From assembly GCA_963812015.1 (NCBI GenBank), contig CAWETI010000002.1, forward strand, positions 1,216,001-1,280,000: a DNA stretch of 64,000 bases. The letters are read 5' to 3'. The position numbers and the translations under genes were made by a program. Shown here piece by piece: positions 10,478 to 19,484 of this stretch. The notes under the pieces were generated by a model. It had not been told where the DNA came from, ran no database searches, and saw only the letters and a program-made list of their open reading frames with translations. The first letter of the stretch is position 1. The number at the start of each line of letters is the position of its first letter. This DNA comes from an uncultured delta proteobacterium. GTDB taxonomy: Bacteria > Desulfobacterota > Desulfobaccia > Desulfobaccales > 0-14-0-80-60-11.

Positions 10478-10659
10478 GGCCTCTTCTCCCGGTCCAGGGG
10501 GAAAAGGGATAGAGCCATGAATGTGAATTCATCTTGGGGCTTTTTGCCTTTTTCCCGCCCAACGCTCTTCAATGCTTGTTCCCCCCCATTATCATAACTA
10601 TAATAGCAGAAAAAACTTGCGCCGGGAAGGAATTCCGGCCCCGATGACGAGGTGCGCCC

Positions 10660-11160
10660 ATGGAGTTGCATCAGGTAAAACTCACCATCCCCGAAGAGGC
10701 CAATCTCATTTTGGGCCAGAGCCATTTTATCAAAACCGTGGAAGACCTGTATGAAATCCTGGTGGGCGCCGCCCCCGGCATCAAATTCGGCCTGGCTTTT
10801 TCCGAGGCCTCCGGAGACTGCCTCATCCGGGTGGAAGGCAACGACCCGGAACTCAAAGCCGCGGCCACGGAGAACGCCCGCCTGATCGCGGCGGGCCACA
10901 CCTTCAATATTCTCATGAAAGAGGCCTTTCCCATTAACGTCCTCAACGCCGTCAAACTCTGCCCCGAGGTCTGCCATATCTTCTGCGCCACCGCCAACCC
11001 CGTGGAAGTGGTCCTGGCCGAGACCGAACTGGGGCGGGGCATCCTGGGGGTGGTGGACGGCTTTCCCCCCAAGGGCGTGGAAGACGACGCCGGCCGCGCC
11101 TGGCGCCACGATATCCTGAGGAAGTTTGGTTATAAGAGTGATCTTGGGGGGAGGGGGTAA
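10660..11160 (+). CDS. Adenosine-specific kinase family protein (DUF355)
   Basis: GQSHFIKTVEDL, AFSEASG, CATANPVEV, GRGILGVVDG. Confidence 0.9.
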   Translation: MELHQVKLTIPEEANLILGQSHFIKTVEDLYEILVGAAPGIKFGLAFSEASGDCLIRVEGNDPELKAAATENARLIAAGHTFNILMKEAFPINVLNAVKLCPEVCHIFCATANPVEVVLAETELGRGILGVVDGFPPKGVEDDAGRAWRHDILRKFGYKSDLGGRG

Positions 11161-11212
11161 GGGCACTGACGAAATCCCTTTGCCCTCTCCGCCAACTCCA
11201 CAAGGAGTCATT

Positions 11213-13300
11213 ATGCAGCGCTTCTTCGAGCCCCGCTCCGTGGTCCTCATCGGCACTTCCCGGCAGACCGGGCCCGGCGCCTACAACAACCTGGAGATGC
11301 TCCTCAGTTACGGGTATTCCCGGCACATCTACCTGTTGCATCCCAAGGTGCCGGATATCCTGGGGTACAAGACCTATCCCAAAGCGGCCGACCTGCCGGA
11401 GGTTCCCGATCTGGCGGTCATCTCCCTGGGGCGGGACCGGGTGGTGGCGGCGGTTAAGGAGTGCGTGGAGCATGGTATCAAGCGGCTGGTGGTGATCAGC
11501 CAGGGGTTTGCCGACGCTGACGACCGGGGGGCCGAATTGCAGGCGGAACTGGTGGGCCTGGCCCGGAAGCACGGTGCCCGGATACTGGGGCCCAACACCA
11601 TGGGAGTCCTCAACCCCTTCTCGGGTTTCACCACGGCTTTTATCGATGTCCCCCGGGACCCGTCGCCGGTTCCCCTGACGGTGGTGGCCCAATCCGGGGC
11701 CTTTCAGGTGGGGGCGGTGTCTTTCACCGGACGGATGGGCAAGGCCATCGATATCGGCAACGCCGCGGACGTGGACATGGTGGATATCCTGGAGTACCTG
11801 GAAAACGATCCCCAGACCCGGATTATCGTCCTGCACCTGGAAGGCATCAAACGGGGGCGGCAGTTTCTCACCACCGCGGCCCGGATCAATCGGACCAAGC
11901 CCATCATTGCCCTGAAAACGGGGCGCAGCGCCGCCGGGGCCAAGGCCGCCATGTCCCACACCGGTTCCCTGGTGGGGGAAGACGCGGTGGTGGACCTGGC
12001 CCTGGCCCAGGCCGGCATCATTCGGGTCCGGAACCTGGTGGAGATGTTGGCCGTGTCCCGGGCCTTCCTAAACTTCCGGCCCATGGCGGGCCCCCGCCTG
12101 GGAGTGGTGACCGCCACCGGCGCTTTTGGGATCATCGCCGCGGACTGCTGCGAAGACTACGGCCTGGAGCTGGCCCTGTTCCCCGAAGCCCTGAGCGAGA
12201 TGGAAGAAGAGCGCATCGCCTGGCACAAGCTGCACAACCCGGTAGACCTCTGGCCCCTGGGCATGGTCACGGGTTCCTTCACCGGCGTCTTCCAGCGCTC
12301 CCTGGCGCGCCTGCTCCAGGACGACCGGGTGGATGCGGCGCTGGGGATGGCGCCGGTCTTCGTTTCGCCCCGTCATGCGGACCTGGATATTCCCGCGGCC
12401 GTGGGGAAGGTCCAGAAGCACAACCCGCAGCACAAACCCCTGGCGATTTTGTTCTATGGCGACCAGGAGGCGATGGAGGCCCAGACCCGGGAACTGGCCC
12501 GGGAACCCGGGGTCGCCTGCTTCGATTCCATGGATGAGGCCATCATGGGCCTGGCGGCCACCTGGCGTTACCAGCAATGCCTGTCGCGCCCGCTCCTGGA
12601 TTTTAGCTTGCCCCAACCTCCCCCTTCCCGTCCGGTCCTCCTGCCTCCTGAGGATATTTTGGTGGGCGAGGCGGCTTTAAAGATCTTGAGGGCTTATGAT
12701 CTTCCCCTGGCCCCCGGGGTTCTGGCCGCCGACGAGGCCGGGGCCGTGGCCGCGGCCGGGGACATGGGCTATCCGGTGGTGCTGAAAATCATCTCTCCGG
12801 CCTGGCTCCACAAATCCGACTGGGGGGGCGTGCGCCTGGATGTGGCCACCGAGTCCGAACTGCGGCAGGCCTACCGGGAGATGTTGGAGCGGTTTCACCA
12901 ACGGACCCCCGCCGGCAAACTCGACGGCATCCTGGTGCAAAGGCAGGTCGCCGGCAAAGAACTGCTCCTGGGTCTCAAACGGGACCCCCAATTCGGACCA
13001 GTGGTGGTGGCCGGGGCCGGGGGGATTTATACGGAAGTCCTCAAGGACGTGAGCCGGGCCCTGGCGCCCATAACCTCGGACCAGGCCGCCAAGATGCTAA
13101 AATCTTTGCAAATCTACCCCATCCTCCAGGGGGTCCGGGGCCAGGCCGGGGTAAACCTAGCCGCCCTGACCGAGGCCCTGGTCAACCTCTCGCGGCTGGC
13201 CGTGGATTACCCGGAAATCCGGGAACTGGACCTCAACCCCGTGGTGGCCGACCCCCAGGGCTGCTGGTGCGTGGACTGCCGGATAGTACTGGGGACATGA
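11213..13300 (+). CDS. ADP-forming acyl/acetate-CoA ligase (fused alpha-beta)
   Basis: LGPNTMG, phospho-His SHTGSL, NPVDL, ATP-grasp HKSDWGGV and ELDLNP. Confidence 0.9.
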   Translation: MQRFFEPRSVVLIGTSRQTGPGAYNNLEMLLSYGYSRHIYLLHPKVPDILGYKTYPKAADLPEVPDLAVISLGRDRVVAAVKECVEHGIKRLVVISQGFADADDRGAELQAELVGLARKHGARILGPNTMGVLNPFSGFTTAFIDVPRDPSPVPLTVVAQSGAFQVGAVSFTGRMGKAIDIGNAADVDMVDILEYLENDPQTRIIVLHLEGIKRGRQFLTTAARINRTKPIIALKTGRSAAGAKAAMSHTGSLVGEDAVVDLALAQAGIIRVRNLVEMLAVSRAFLNFRPMAGPRLGVVTATGAFGIIAADCCEDYGLELALFPEALSEMEEERIAWHKLHNPVDLWPLGMVTGSFTGVFQRSLARLLQDDRVDAALGMAPVFVSPRHADLDIPAAVGKVQKHNPQHKPLAILFYGDQEAMEAQTRELAREPGVACFDSMDEAIMGLAATWRYQQCLSRPLLDFSLPQPPPSRPVLLPPEDILVGEAALKILRAYDLPLAPGVLAADEAGAVAAAGDMGYPVVLKIISPAWLHKSDWGGVRLDVATESELRQAYREMLERFHQRTPAGKLDGILVQRQVAGKELLLGLKRDPQFGPVVVAGAGGIYTEVLKDVSRALAPITSDQAAKMLKSLQIYPILQGVRGQAGVNLAALTEALVNLSRLAVDYPEIRELDLNPVVADPQGCWCVDCRIVLGT

Positions 13301-13432
13301 TTTGAGGGGAGGACCGGGGGACGTCTTTCGTAAGGGTCCCCCGCCCTCCCCTCAAACTCCCCTCCCAGCCCCCTGTAAGGGGGTTGGGGGAGGGGGTAAG
13401 GGCTTTTTGCCCCTGACCCCCTCCCCCTAAAA
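13301..13432. repeat. G/C-tract multi-hairpin repeat, intergenic copy
   Basis: Shares CCCCCGCCCTCCCCTCAAACTCCCCTCCCAGCCCCCTGTA with the reverse complement of 22781..22926. Confidence 0.85.
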
Positions 13433-13453
13433 CCATAATCAGGAGAACATTCA

Positions 13454-14398
13454 TTGAAAGCGGCCGTGTTGGCGGCGGGGTTGGGGACGCGGATGAAGCC
13501 GCTGACGGATATATGTCCCAAGCCGTTGCTGCCGGTGTTGAACCGACCCCTGTTGGGGGTGGTGTTGGCGCAGTTGGAGGCGGCGGGCTGTTTCCAGGTG
13601 GTGGTAAACACCCATCATTTGGCGGATCAGGTGCATGATTTTCTGAGGGCCAAGCCCTGGAGTTTCCAGCTCAGCGTCAGCCACGAGCCGGAGATTTTGG
13701 GGACGGGGGGAGGCTTGCGGCAGTTAGGGGAGATCCTGCGGGAGGGGCCGTTTCTGGCCATCAACGGGGATATCCTGACGGATCTGGACCTGGCCGAGAT
13801 TTATAGCCGACACCAGGAGGGCGCGGTGAGCACCCTGGTGCTCCATGACTGCCCCCCGTACAACAACGTCTGGGTGGCGGAAGGTGCGGTGGTGAGCATC
13901 GGCGCGCCCCCGCCCGGCGGCGGTGGCGAGCCTCTAGCCTATACCGGGGTCCAGGTGGTGGACCAGAAGATGCTGGCGTATATCCCGGCGCAGGGCTCCC
14001 ATGGTTTGGTTCAGGCCTGGCGGGAGGCCCTGGCGGCGGGGGCGCGGCTGGCTTACCAGACGGTCTCGGGACATTTCTGGCAGGACCTGGGCACGCCGGA
14101 GAACTACCTGGCGGCCCACCGGCGGCTGCTGGCCAATGCTTCGCCACGTCTGGCCGGAATTTTCGGGAAGGTGACCGACCCCCGGATCGGCCCCGGGGCC
14201 AGCGTCGGGGCCGGGGTCCAATGCGGCGGCGGAGTGTGTCTGGGGGCGGAAGTGGTGGTGGGAGAGGGGGCCGCTTTGAAAAATACCGTGGTCTGGGACC
14301 GGGCCGTTATTGGACCGGGAGTGGCGTTGGAAGATTGCATCGTGGCCTCCCGGGTGGAGGTGAAAGAATCCGCCCGGGGCCGGATGCTGGTGGCATGA
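13454..14398 (+). CDS. Sugar-phosphate nucleotidyltransferase (MurU/NDP-sugar synthase-like) with C-terminal beta-helix
   Basis: LAAGLGTRMKPLT..PKPL, LGTGGG, NGD, WQDLGTPE; TTG start after AGGAG. Confidence 0.88.
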   Translation: MKAAVLAAGLGTRMKPLTDICPKPLLPVLNRPLLGVVLAQLEAAGCFQVVVNTHHLADQVHDFLRAKPWSFQLSVSHEPEILGTGGGLRQLGEILREGPFLAINGDILTDLDLAEIYSRHQEGAVSTLVLHDCPPYNNVWVAEGAVVSIGAPPPGGGGEPLAYTGVQVVDQKMLAYIPAQGSHGLVQAWREALAAGARLAYQTVSGHFWQDLGTPENYLAAHRRLLANASPRLAGIFGKVTDPRIGPGASVGAGVQCGGGVCLGAEVVVGEGAALKNTVVWDRAVIGPGVALEDCIVASRVEVKESARGRMLVA

Positions 14399-14439
14399 CG
14401 GAGTTATTAACCGGAGCATTTAATAGATTACTGCCTGGG

Positions 14440-14474
14440 AAAGTTCAAAGTTCAAGGTTCAAAGTTCAAGGTTC
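14440..14474. repeat. Tandem heptamer repeat (AARGTTC)x5
   Basis: aaagttc aaagttc aaggttc aaagttc aaggttc. Confidence 0.9.
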
Positions 14475-14606
14475 GAGGCAGGAGTATGCTTATCCGGCAC
14501 TTTTCATGGTTTATGAGTGAGCCAACGGCCCAGGCGCAACTGCTTAGAGTAAGATGGTAAAGGCCGTTCCTCAATAAAAGGCCCCTAAAGGCCCTGGAGG
14601 GAATTT

Positions 14607-15626
14607 ATGCCGGATCATCTCTGGACCCCGCACCTGGAGGCGACCGCCAAAGCCCGGGGCGTCAGCCTGACCTCTCCCCAAGCCCTGGCCGGGGACGGTT
14701 CCGACCGGCGCTTCTACCGCCTGTTGGGGTCCCCCACCGTGGTGCTCCTGTTCCACCCTTTTCCGCCGGGAGGGGAGGTGAATGAGAACGACTCCTACTA
14801 TCTGTTGGGCCGTCACCTCCGGTCTCAGGGGGCGCCGGTGCCGGAGATTTACACCTATTGCCGGGAAGAGTTCTGGATGATGATCGAGGATCTGGGGGAC
14901 ATCAGTCTGGAGTCCGCCATCAAGCGGCAGCCCCACGACAGCCAGATCCGCTACTGGTACCGCCAGGCCCTGGAACTTCTGGTTAACATGCAGATCATGG
15001 GGAAGGAGGGATTCGATTCCTCCTGGTGTTTCGACACCCCGGTGTTGCACCGGCCTTTTCTGTGGGAGCGGGAGTGCGGGTATTTCGTCGGGGCGTTCCT
15101 GAATAACTACCTGGGTCTGGACACGACCATGGAGGATTTGGCCCCGGATTTCGAACGCCTCCTGACCGGAGCTCTGCCCCCCGGTGGTAACTACTTTCTC
15201 CACCGGGACTTTCAATCCCGGAATCTGTTCATCGCCAACGGGCGTCTCCGGGTGATCGATTTTCAGGGGGGGCGGTTGGGGCCGTTGGGCTATGATGTGG
15301 CCTCCCTGCTCATCGACCCGTATGTCGACCTGAGTCCCGCCTGGCAGGAGGAACTCCTGGATTATTACCTCGACCTCCTGAAAATCCGGTTGGAGGTGGA
15401 CCCGGCGGCCTTCCGGGACCAATATTACCACCTGGCGCTGTGCCGCAATCTGCAAATCCTGGGGGCGTACGGCTACCTGACCAAGGTAAAGGGCAAGGAT
15501 TATTTCGCCCGCTACATCCCCACGGCGGTGGCGGGCCTGCGCCGGCGACTGCAGGGGCGCCCGGGGGCCTTGCCGCGGCTGGAGCAGTTGGCGGCAAGCC
15601 TGCCGACGGGCGTCAAGCAGGGGTAG
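14607..15626 (+). CDS. Aminoglycoside-phosphotransferase-fold kinase (AmgK-like)
   Basis: LAGDGSDRRFYR, EDLGD, HRDFQSRNL, IDFQ, YDVASLL. Confidence 0.88.
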   Translation: MPDHLWTPHLEATAKARGVSLTSPQALAGDGSDRRFYRLLGSPTVVLLFHPFPPGGEVNENDSYYLLGRHLRSQGAPVPEIYTYCREEFWMMIEDLGDISLESAIKRQPHDSQIRYWYRQALELLVNMQIMGKEGFDSSWCFDTPVLHRPFLWERECGYFVGAFLNNYLGLDTTMEDLAPDFERLLTGALPPGGNYFLHRDFQSRNLFIANGRLRVIDFQGGRLGPLGYDVASLLIDPYVDLSPAWQEELLDYYLDLLKIRLEVDPAAFRDQYYHLALCRNLQILGAYGYLTKVKGKDYFARYIPTAVAGLRRRLQGRPGALPRLEQLAASLPTGVKQG

Positions 15627-15696
15627 GGAGACAGAGAGCCGGAAGCGAGGAGGGCCGAGGCAGGCCTTACGAAAAATTCCCCCGGCCGCCCGCTGA

Positions 15697-18600
15697 TTAA
15701 AAATCATAGTTAAAAAACACGTCGGCGCCGGAGTTTCGGTGGCCTATCTGGGATTCAACGCTCAGGTTCTTGTTGAACTTATACTGGATTCCCACCTGCT
15801 GTTCGTAGACCCCCCGTTCCTCGTTGAGATTGCGTCCCACAAAAACGCTGACGTTTTTCACGACTTCCTTGCCGACGTTGACGCTGGGCCGACCGGACAC
15901 CAGGCCGCTCCTGACCTTTATGCCGCTCAAAAACGGGATCGTGGAGCCCAGGATCTCATCGATCTTTTGGGGGGTGATACCTCCCAAGACCCCCAGGGTC
16001 TGGGCCCCCATGGCCATGTACTGCTCCTTGGTCAAGGTCGCGGCGGGGGCACCGAAAACCAGGTAGGACAAGACGTCGGCCGGCGGCAAGGGAGGCAGGC
16101 TCTCCAGGTGGATCTGGGGGTTGGACAGGATGCCGGTCACGTTGAGCACCAGGGTGATGTCATCCATTTCGTGGACGGCCTTGGCGTCCACGGTTATGAG
16201 CTTGCCGGGCACGCCGGGGAGCCGGAGGACGGCCCGCTCCACTTTAAAGGGGCGTTCCTGGACGTCCAGGGTGCCGTTGAGGGAGCGAATCTCCCCGCTC
16301 AGGGCCAGTTTCTGGCCCGGATCTTTCCTGGCCTTGAGGTGAGCGGCCATTTCCACCTTGCCCACGGGGTCGATGAGCCAGGCATTCCCCGAGCTATCGA
16401 TGGTGACGTTGACGCTCAGGTTTCGATAGATGGCCGGGGCCGTTCCCTCTTCTTCTTTGGGCGTGGGTTTTGGGGGCACCAGGATGACGTCCGGGTCCAT
16501 GCCGGAGCGGAAGAAAGTGGGGCGGAATTGGGCCTTGGGCACGATCAGACGCCCGTTGGCTACCAGGGCGGAGAGGGGACCCTTCACGTCGACGAAGCCG
16601 TTGGCCCACAAGGCGTTGCCCCCCCGATCCAGGGCTTGGAAGTTGTCGGCCTGGAGCCGAGCCTGGGCGTGGGGGGTCGCGGCCAGCACGATTTCGCCGG
16701 AGAGGCGCAGGGTGCCGTCACTCTGGATAACCAGGCCCGGAACCACGATCCTGTCCCCCTGGAGGCGAATCTCCCCTGGGTCCAGGCGGTACGGCGTTCC
16801 CGCCTTGTGTAGTCGCAGGGAGCCGGCGCTCCACCGCACATAACCGGAGACCCGGGGTTGGTATGGATTGCCCTTGGCTTCCACCGCCAGGTCTATCGGG
16901 CCCTCCGCAGTCTGCACCTCTTTACTGACGGAAGTCAGCATGGAGAGGTTGACCCGTTCGCTGTGGAGCTGGAGGTCCAGGCCATCCCGGCCCAGGGCAA
17001 AGGCAAGGGGGGCCAGGGAGAGCTTGACCGGCACCGTCCCTTTCCAGATCAGCCGGGAGCGCAGGGGGCCGATTTCCAGGTAGCCGGACACCTGAGCCCG
17101 TTCCGTTTGGTAATTGAGGGTCGTGGTCAGGGTCTGGATGGGAACATTCTTGAGCTTGCCATCGCTCAAAGCGATTTGGCCATCGATGATGGGGGTGCGG
17201 GGATTGCCGGCCAGGGTCAGTTGGCCGTTGAGCTTTCCCGAGGCGGGGAGGCCCAGGGGCGCCAGGAGGCCGGCGTTCAGGTTGCGCATGTCCAGGCGCC
17301 CGGACAGTTCCTGATCCAGGGCCAGGCCTGCAAAGGTCAGGGTGCCGCCGTCCACCTGAAACGTCGCCGGGGAAATTTCCCAGCCGGGGAAGAGGCGGAT
17401 CTGAAATGGCGTCGTATTCTTGACCGACAGGGCCTGGCTGTGCCAGTTGGCCCGGGCGACGTTCAGGGTTAGAGGCCTGGCCGCCAGGTCCGCGGTCCCG
17501 GCCAGCTCGAACTTGGGCTCCTTGGGTGAGGTGGCGGCCAGTTGGAACTGCCACCGGCCCCCGTCCCCGCCGGCATTGAGATGAAGGCGGGTAAAGGTGC
17601 CCGCGGCGGTGCGGAGCTGGCTGCCCACCAGCTTCAGGCTCCCGGATTGGGGCGGCCAACCGGCCAGGGAGCCGTTCAGATTTGCCGATTCCAGGGTGAT
17701 GCCCTGGAAGGATGCTTTGTGGACCTGGGCGGCCAGGTTCACCTGGGGGGCCTTCCAGGGCCCCCGGACGGCGCCCTCGGCTTTCAGGGAGGCAAAGGCC
17801 GCGCCCGGAGGCAGGGGCAGGGTGCGGGAGCCGGCCAAGGCCGCGCCAAAAGTAACATCCACGCCGGACTGGGTGAGGGTCCCCCGGAAGGAGGCCGTAA
17901 GGTCCGCCACCCGCAGGTCGGCCTGGGAAATGGTCAATTTATTCCCTTCCAGGACGAAGCCGGCTTTCAGGTTCTGCAAGGGTTCCTTATTTAACCGGCC
18001 GCTGGCCTGAAGGTTTCCCGCCAGATAGGCCTGGGCCGGGGAAAGGCCGGGAGGCAGGCGGAACTTTCCCGTAAAACTCGTAGTCAAGCTGCTGCCGGCA
18101 AGCTTGACCACGCCCACCATGGCGGGCTGAAAATCTTTGGTCTGCACGGTCAAGTCGCCGGACAGGCCTTTACCGGTGTCGCCCAGGGGCAGGAGTTTCC
18201 CTTTGGCGCCCAAGTCGACGGCGCCGAAATTTCCGGCCAGTGAGGCTCGGAGGTCCTGGCGCCCGGCATTGCCGGACAGGTCAAGCTGGACCTTATCGAC
18301 CTTGAGCTCTTTATACCGGAAGGGGGCAAGGGTCAGGCGGGATTCCATGGATTCGGGGTTCCAGGGCAGGCCGGTGCCCTGGAGGTGGAGGTGGGCGTTG
18401 ACCGGGCTCAGGCCCTGGACCTGCTGCGCCTTGAGGTCCTTGAGCTCCTGGAGTTGGGCCGTGGTCAGGCCCTTGAGGTCCAGGTCCAGGGCAAAGACTG
18501 CGGGCTTGACCTTGGTGTTGAGGTCGCCCGTGAGGTCGTATGCCGCCTCACCGATCTTCCCTCTCACCTGGATTTTTCCCCCTTCCGAAGTGCTGCTGAG

Positions 18601-19470
18601 GCTCAACGTGCCGGCCAGGTCCCAGGGGGCCGGCCACCGGGACCATAAGGCGTGTATCTTGTCGCCGGGAAGGGGGCCGATTTTGCCGGTCAAGGCGCAA
18701 GAAAACCCGGCTTTTTCGTCAAGGGGCTGGCAGACTTCCCCTTTGAGGGAGACCACGGTCCGGCCGTCCAGGTTCAGGTTCACGGCGCTGATCCGGGCTA
18801 TGCCCGAGCTATAGGTCAGTCGAGCCTCCAGTTCCGCCCGGCCCTGGGGCGCGGTGATTCCCAGGTTGGCGATGTTGACATCGATTATTTGCTGTGGTTG
18901 GCCCCAGTGGAGGAAGGCCAGATTGGCTTTGAGATCCAGGTCGGAGTAGTGGCTGGTGTGGCCGTCTTCGGTAATAAACAGCTCGCCCCGGTGCACCAAG
19001 AGATTGGAGAGATCTATTCCCTGAAAAAAATACTGGGCGATTTTCCCCAGCAGACCTTGGGGTTTGGCAGGTTCCGCAGGCTTTTCCGCCTTTTTGATGA
19101 GTTGGCTGACATTCCACTGGCCGGATGGGTCCCGGACCAGGTAAACCTGGGGATTTTCTAGAGCCAGGGTCCCCAGGTCCAGGTGGAAGTTAGGGATGGA
19201 CGCCAGGGATAGACGGACCTCAAGGCGGTCGGCGGCCAGGATGAGCCGGCCGTCCGGACCGGTGATTTCAAGGTCTTTGTATGTGAGGCCGGTTAAGGGA
19301 TTGCCGGAGATTTCCCGGGCGGAGACTTTGCCGTCCACTTTAGCCTGGATCAGGGAGAGCAGGAAAGGGCCCCCCCAATTGGTGAGATCCGGCAGGATGG
19401 CGCCGGCGCCGGTCCCCCCCAGGCTCAGGAGGAGGCACAGGGTCAACAAGGCCAGCTTCACAAGACGCAT
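15697..19470 (-). CDS. tamB: Translocation and assembly module protein TamB
   Basis: N-terminal anchor, long beta-rich body, C-terminal DUF490-like LSYLVFG...GADVFFNYDF; follows tamA. Confidence 0.85.
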   Translation of the reverse strand: MRLVKLALLTLCLLLSLGGTGAGAILPDLTNWGGPFLLSLIQAKVDGKVSAREISGNPLTGLTYKDLEITGPDGRLILAADRLEVRLSLASIPNFHLDLGTLALENPQVYLVRDPSGQWNVSQLIKKAEKPAEPAKPQGLLGKIAQYFFQGIDLSNLLVHRGELFITEDGHTSHYSDLDLKANLAFLHWGQPQQIIDVNIANLGITAPQGRAELEARLTYSSGIARISAVNLNLDGRTVVSLKGEVCQPLDEKAGFSCALTGKIGPLPGDKIHALWSRWPAPWDLAGTLSLSSTSEGGKIQVRGKIGEAAYDLTGDLNTKVKPAVFALDLDLKGLTTAQLQELKDLKAQQVQGLSPVNAHLHLQGTGLPWNPESMESRLTLAPFRYKELKVDKVQLDLSGNAGRQDLRASLAGNFGAVDLGAKGKLLPLGDTGKGLSGDLTVQTKDFQPAMVGVVKLAGSSLTTSFTGKFRLPPGLSPAQAYLAGNLQASGRLNKEPLQNLKAGFVLEGNKLTISQADLRVADLTASFRGTLTQSGVDVTFGAALAGSRTLPLPPGAAFASLKAEGAVRGPWKAPQVNLAAQVHKASFQGITLESANLNGSLAGWPPQSGSLKLVGSQLRTAAGTFTRLHLNAGGDGGRWQFQLAATSPKEPKFELAGTADLAARPLTLNVARANWHSQALSVKNTTPFQIRLFPGWEISPATFQVDGGTLTFAGLALDQELSGRLDMRNLNAGLLAPLGLPASGKLNGQLTLAGNPRTPIIDGQIALSDGKLKNVPIQTLTTTLNYQTERAQVSGYLEIGPLRSRLIWKGTVPVKLSLAPLAFALGRDGLDLQLHSERVNLSMLTSVSKEVQTAEGPIDLAVEAKGNPYQPRVSGYVRWSAGSLRLHKAGTPYRLDPGEIRLQGDRIVVPGLVIQSDGTLRLSGEIVLAATPHAQARLQADNFQALDRGGNALWANGFVDVKGPLSALVANGRLIVPKAQFRPTFFRSGMDPDVILVPPKPTPKEEEGTAPAIYRNLSVNVTIDSSGNAWLIDPVGKVEMAAHLKARKDPGQKLALSGEIRSLNGTLDVQERPFKVERAVLRLPGVPGKLITVDAKAVHEMDDITLVLNVTGILSNPQIHLESLPPLPPADVLSYLVFGAPAATLTKEQYMAMGAQTLGVLGGITPQKIDEILGSTIPFLSGIKVRSGLVSGRPSVNVGKEVVKNVSVFVGRNLNEERGVYEQQVGIQYKFNKNLSVESQIGHRNSGADVFFNYDF

Positions 19471-19484
19471 CCCGCCTCCTTCCC

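Noticed and set aside
13454..15626. Nucleotidyltransferase plus phosphotransferase as antibiotic-resistance genes
   Set aside because: Pairing and motifs fit the known MurU/AmgK-type sugar recycling pair; native composition.
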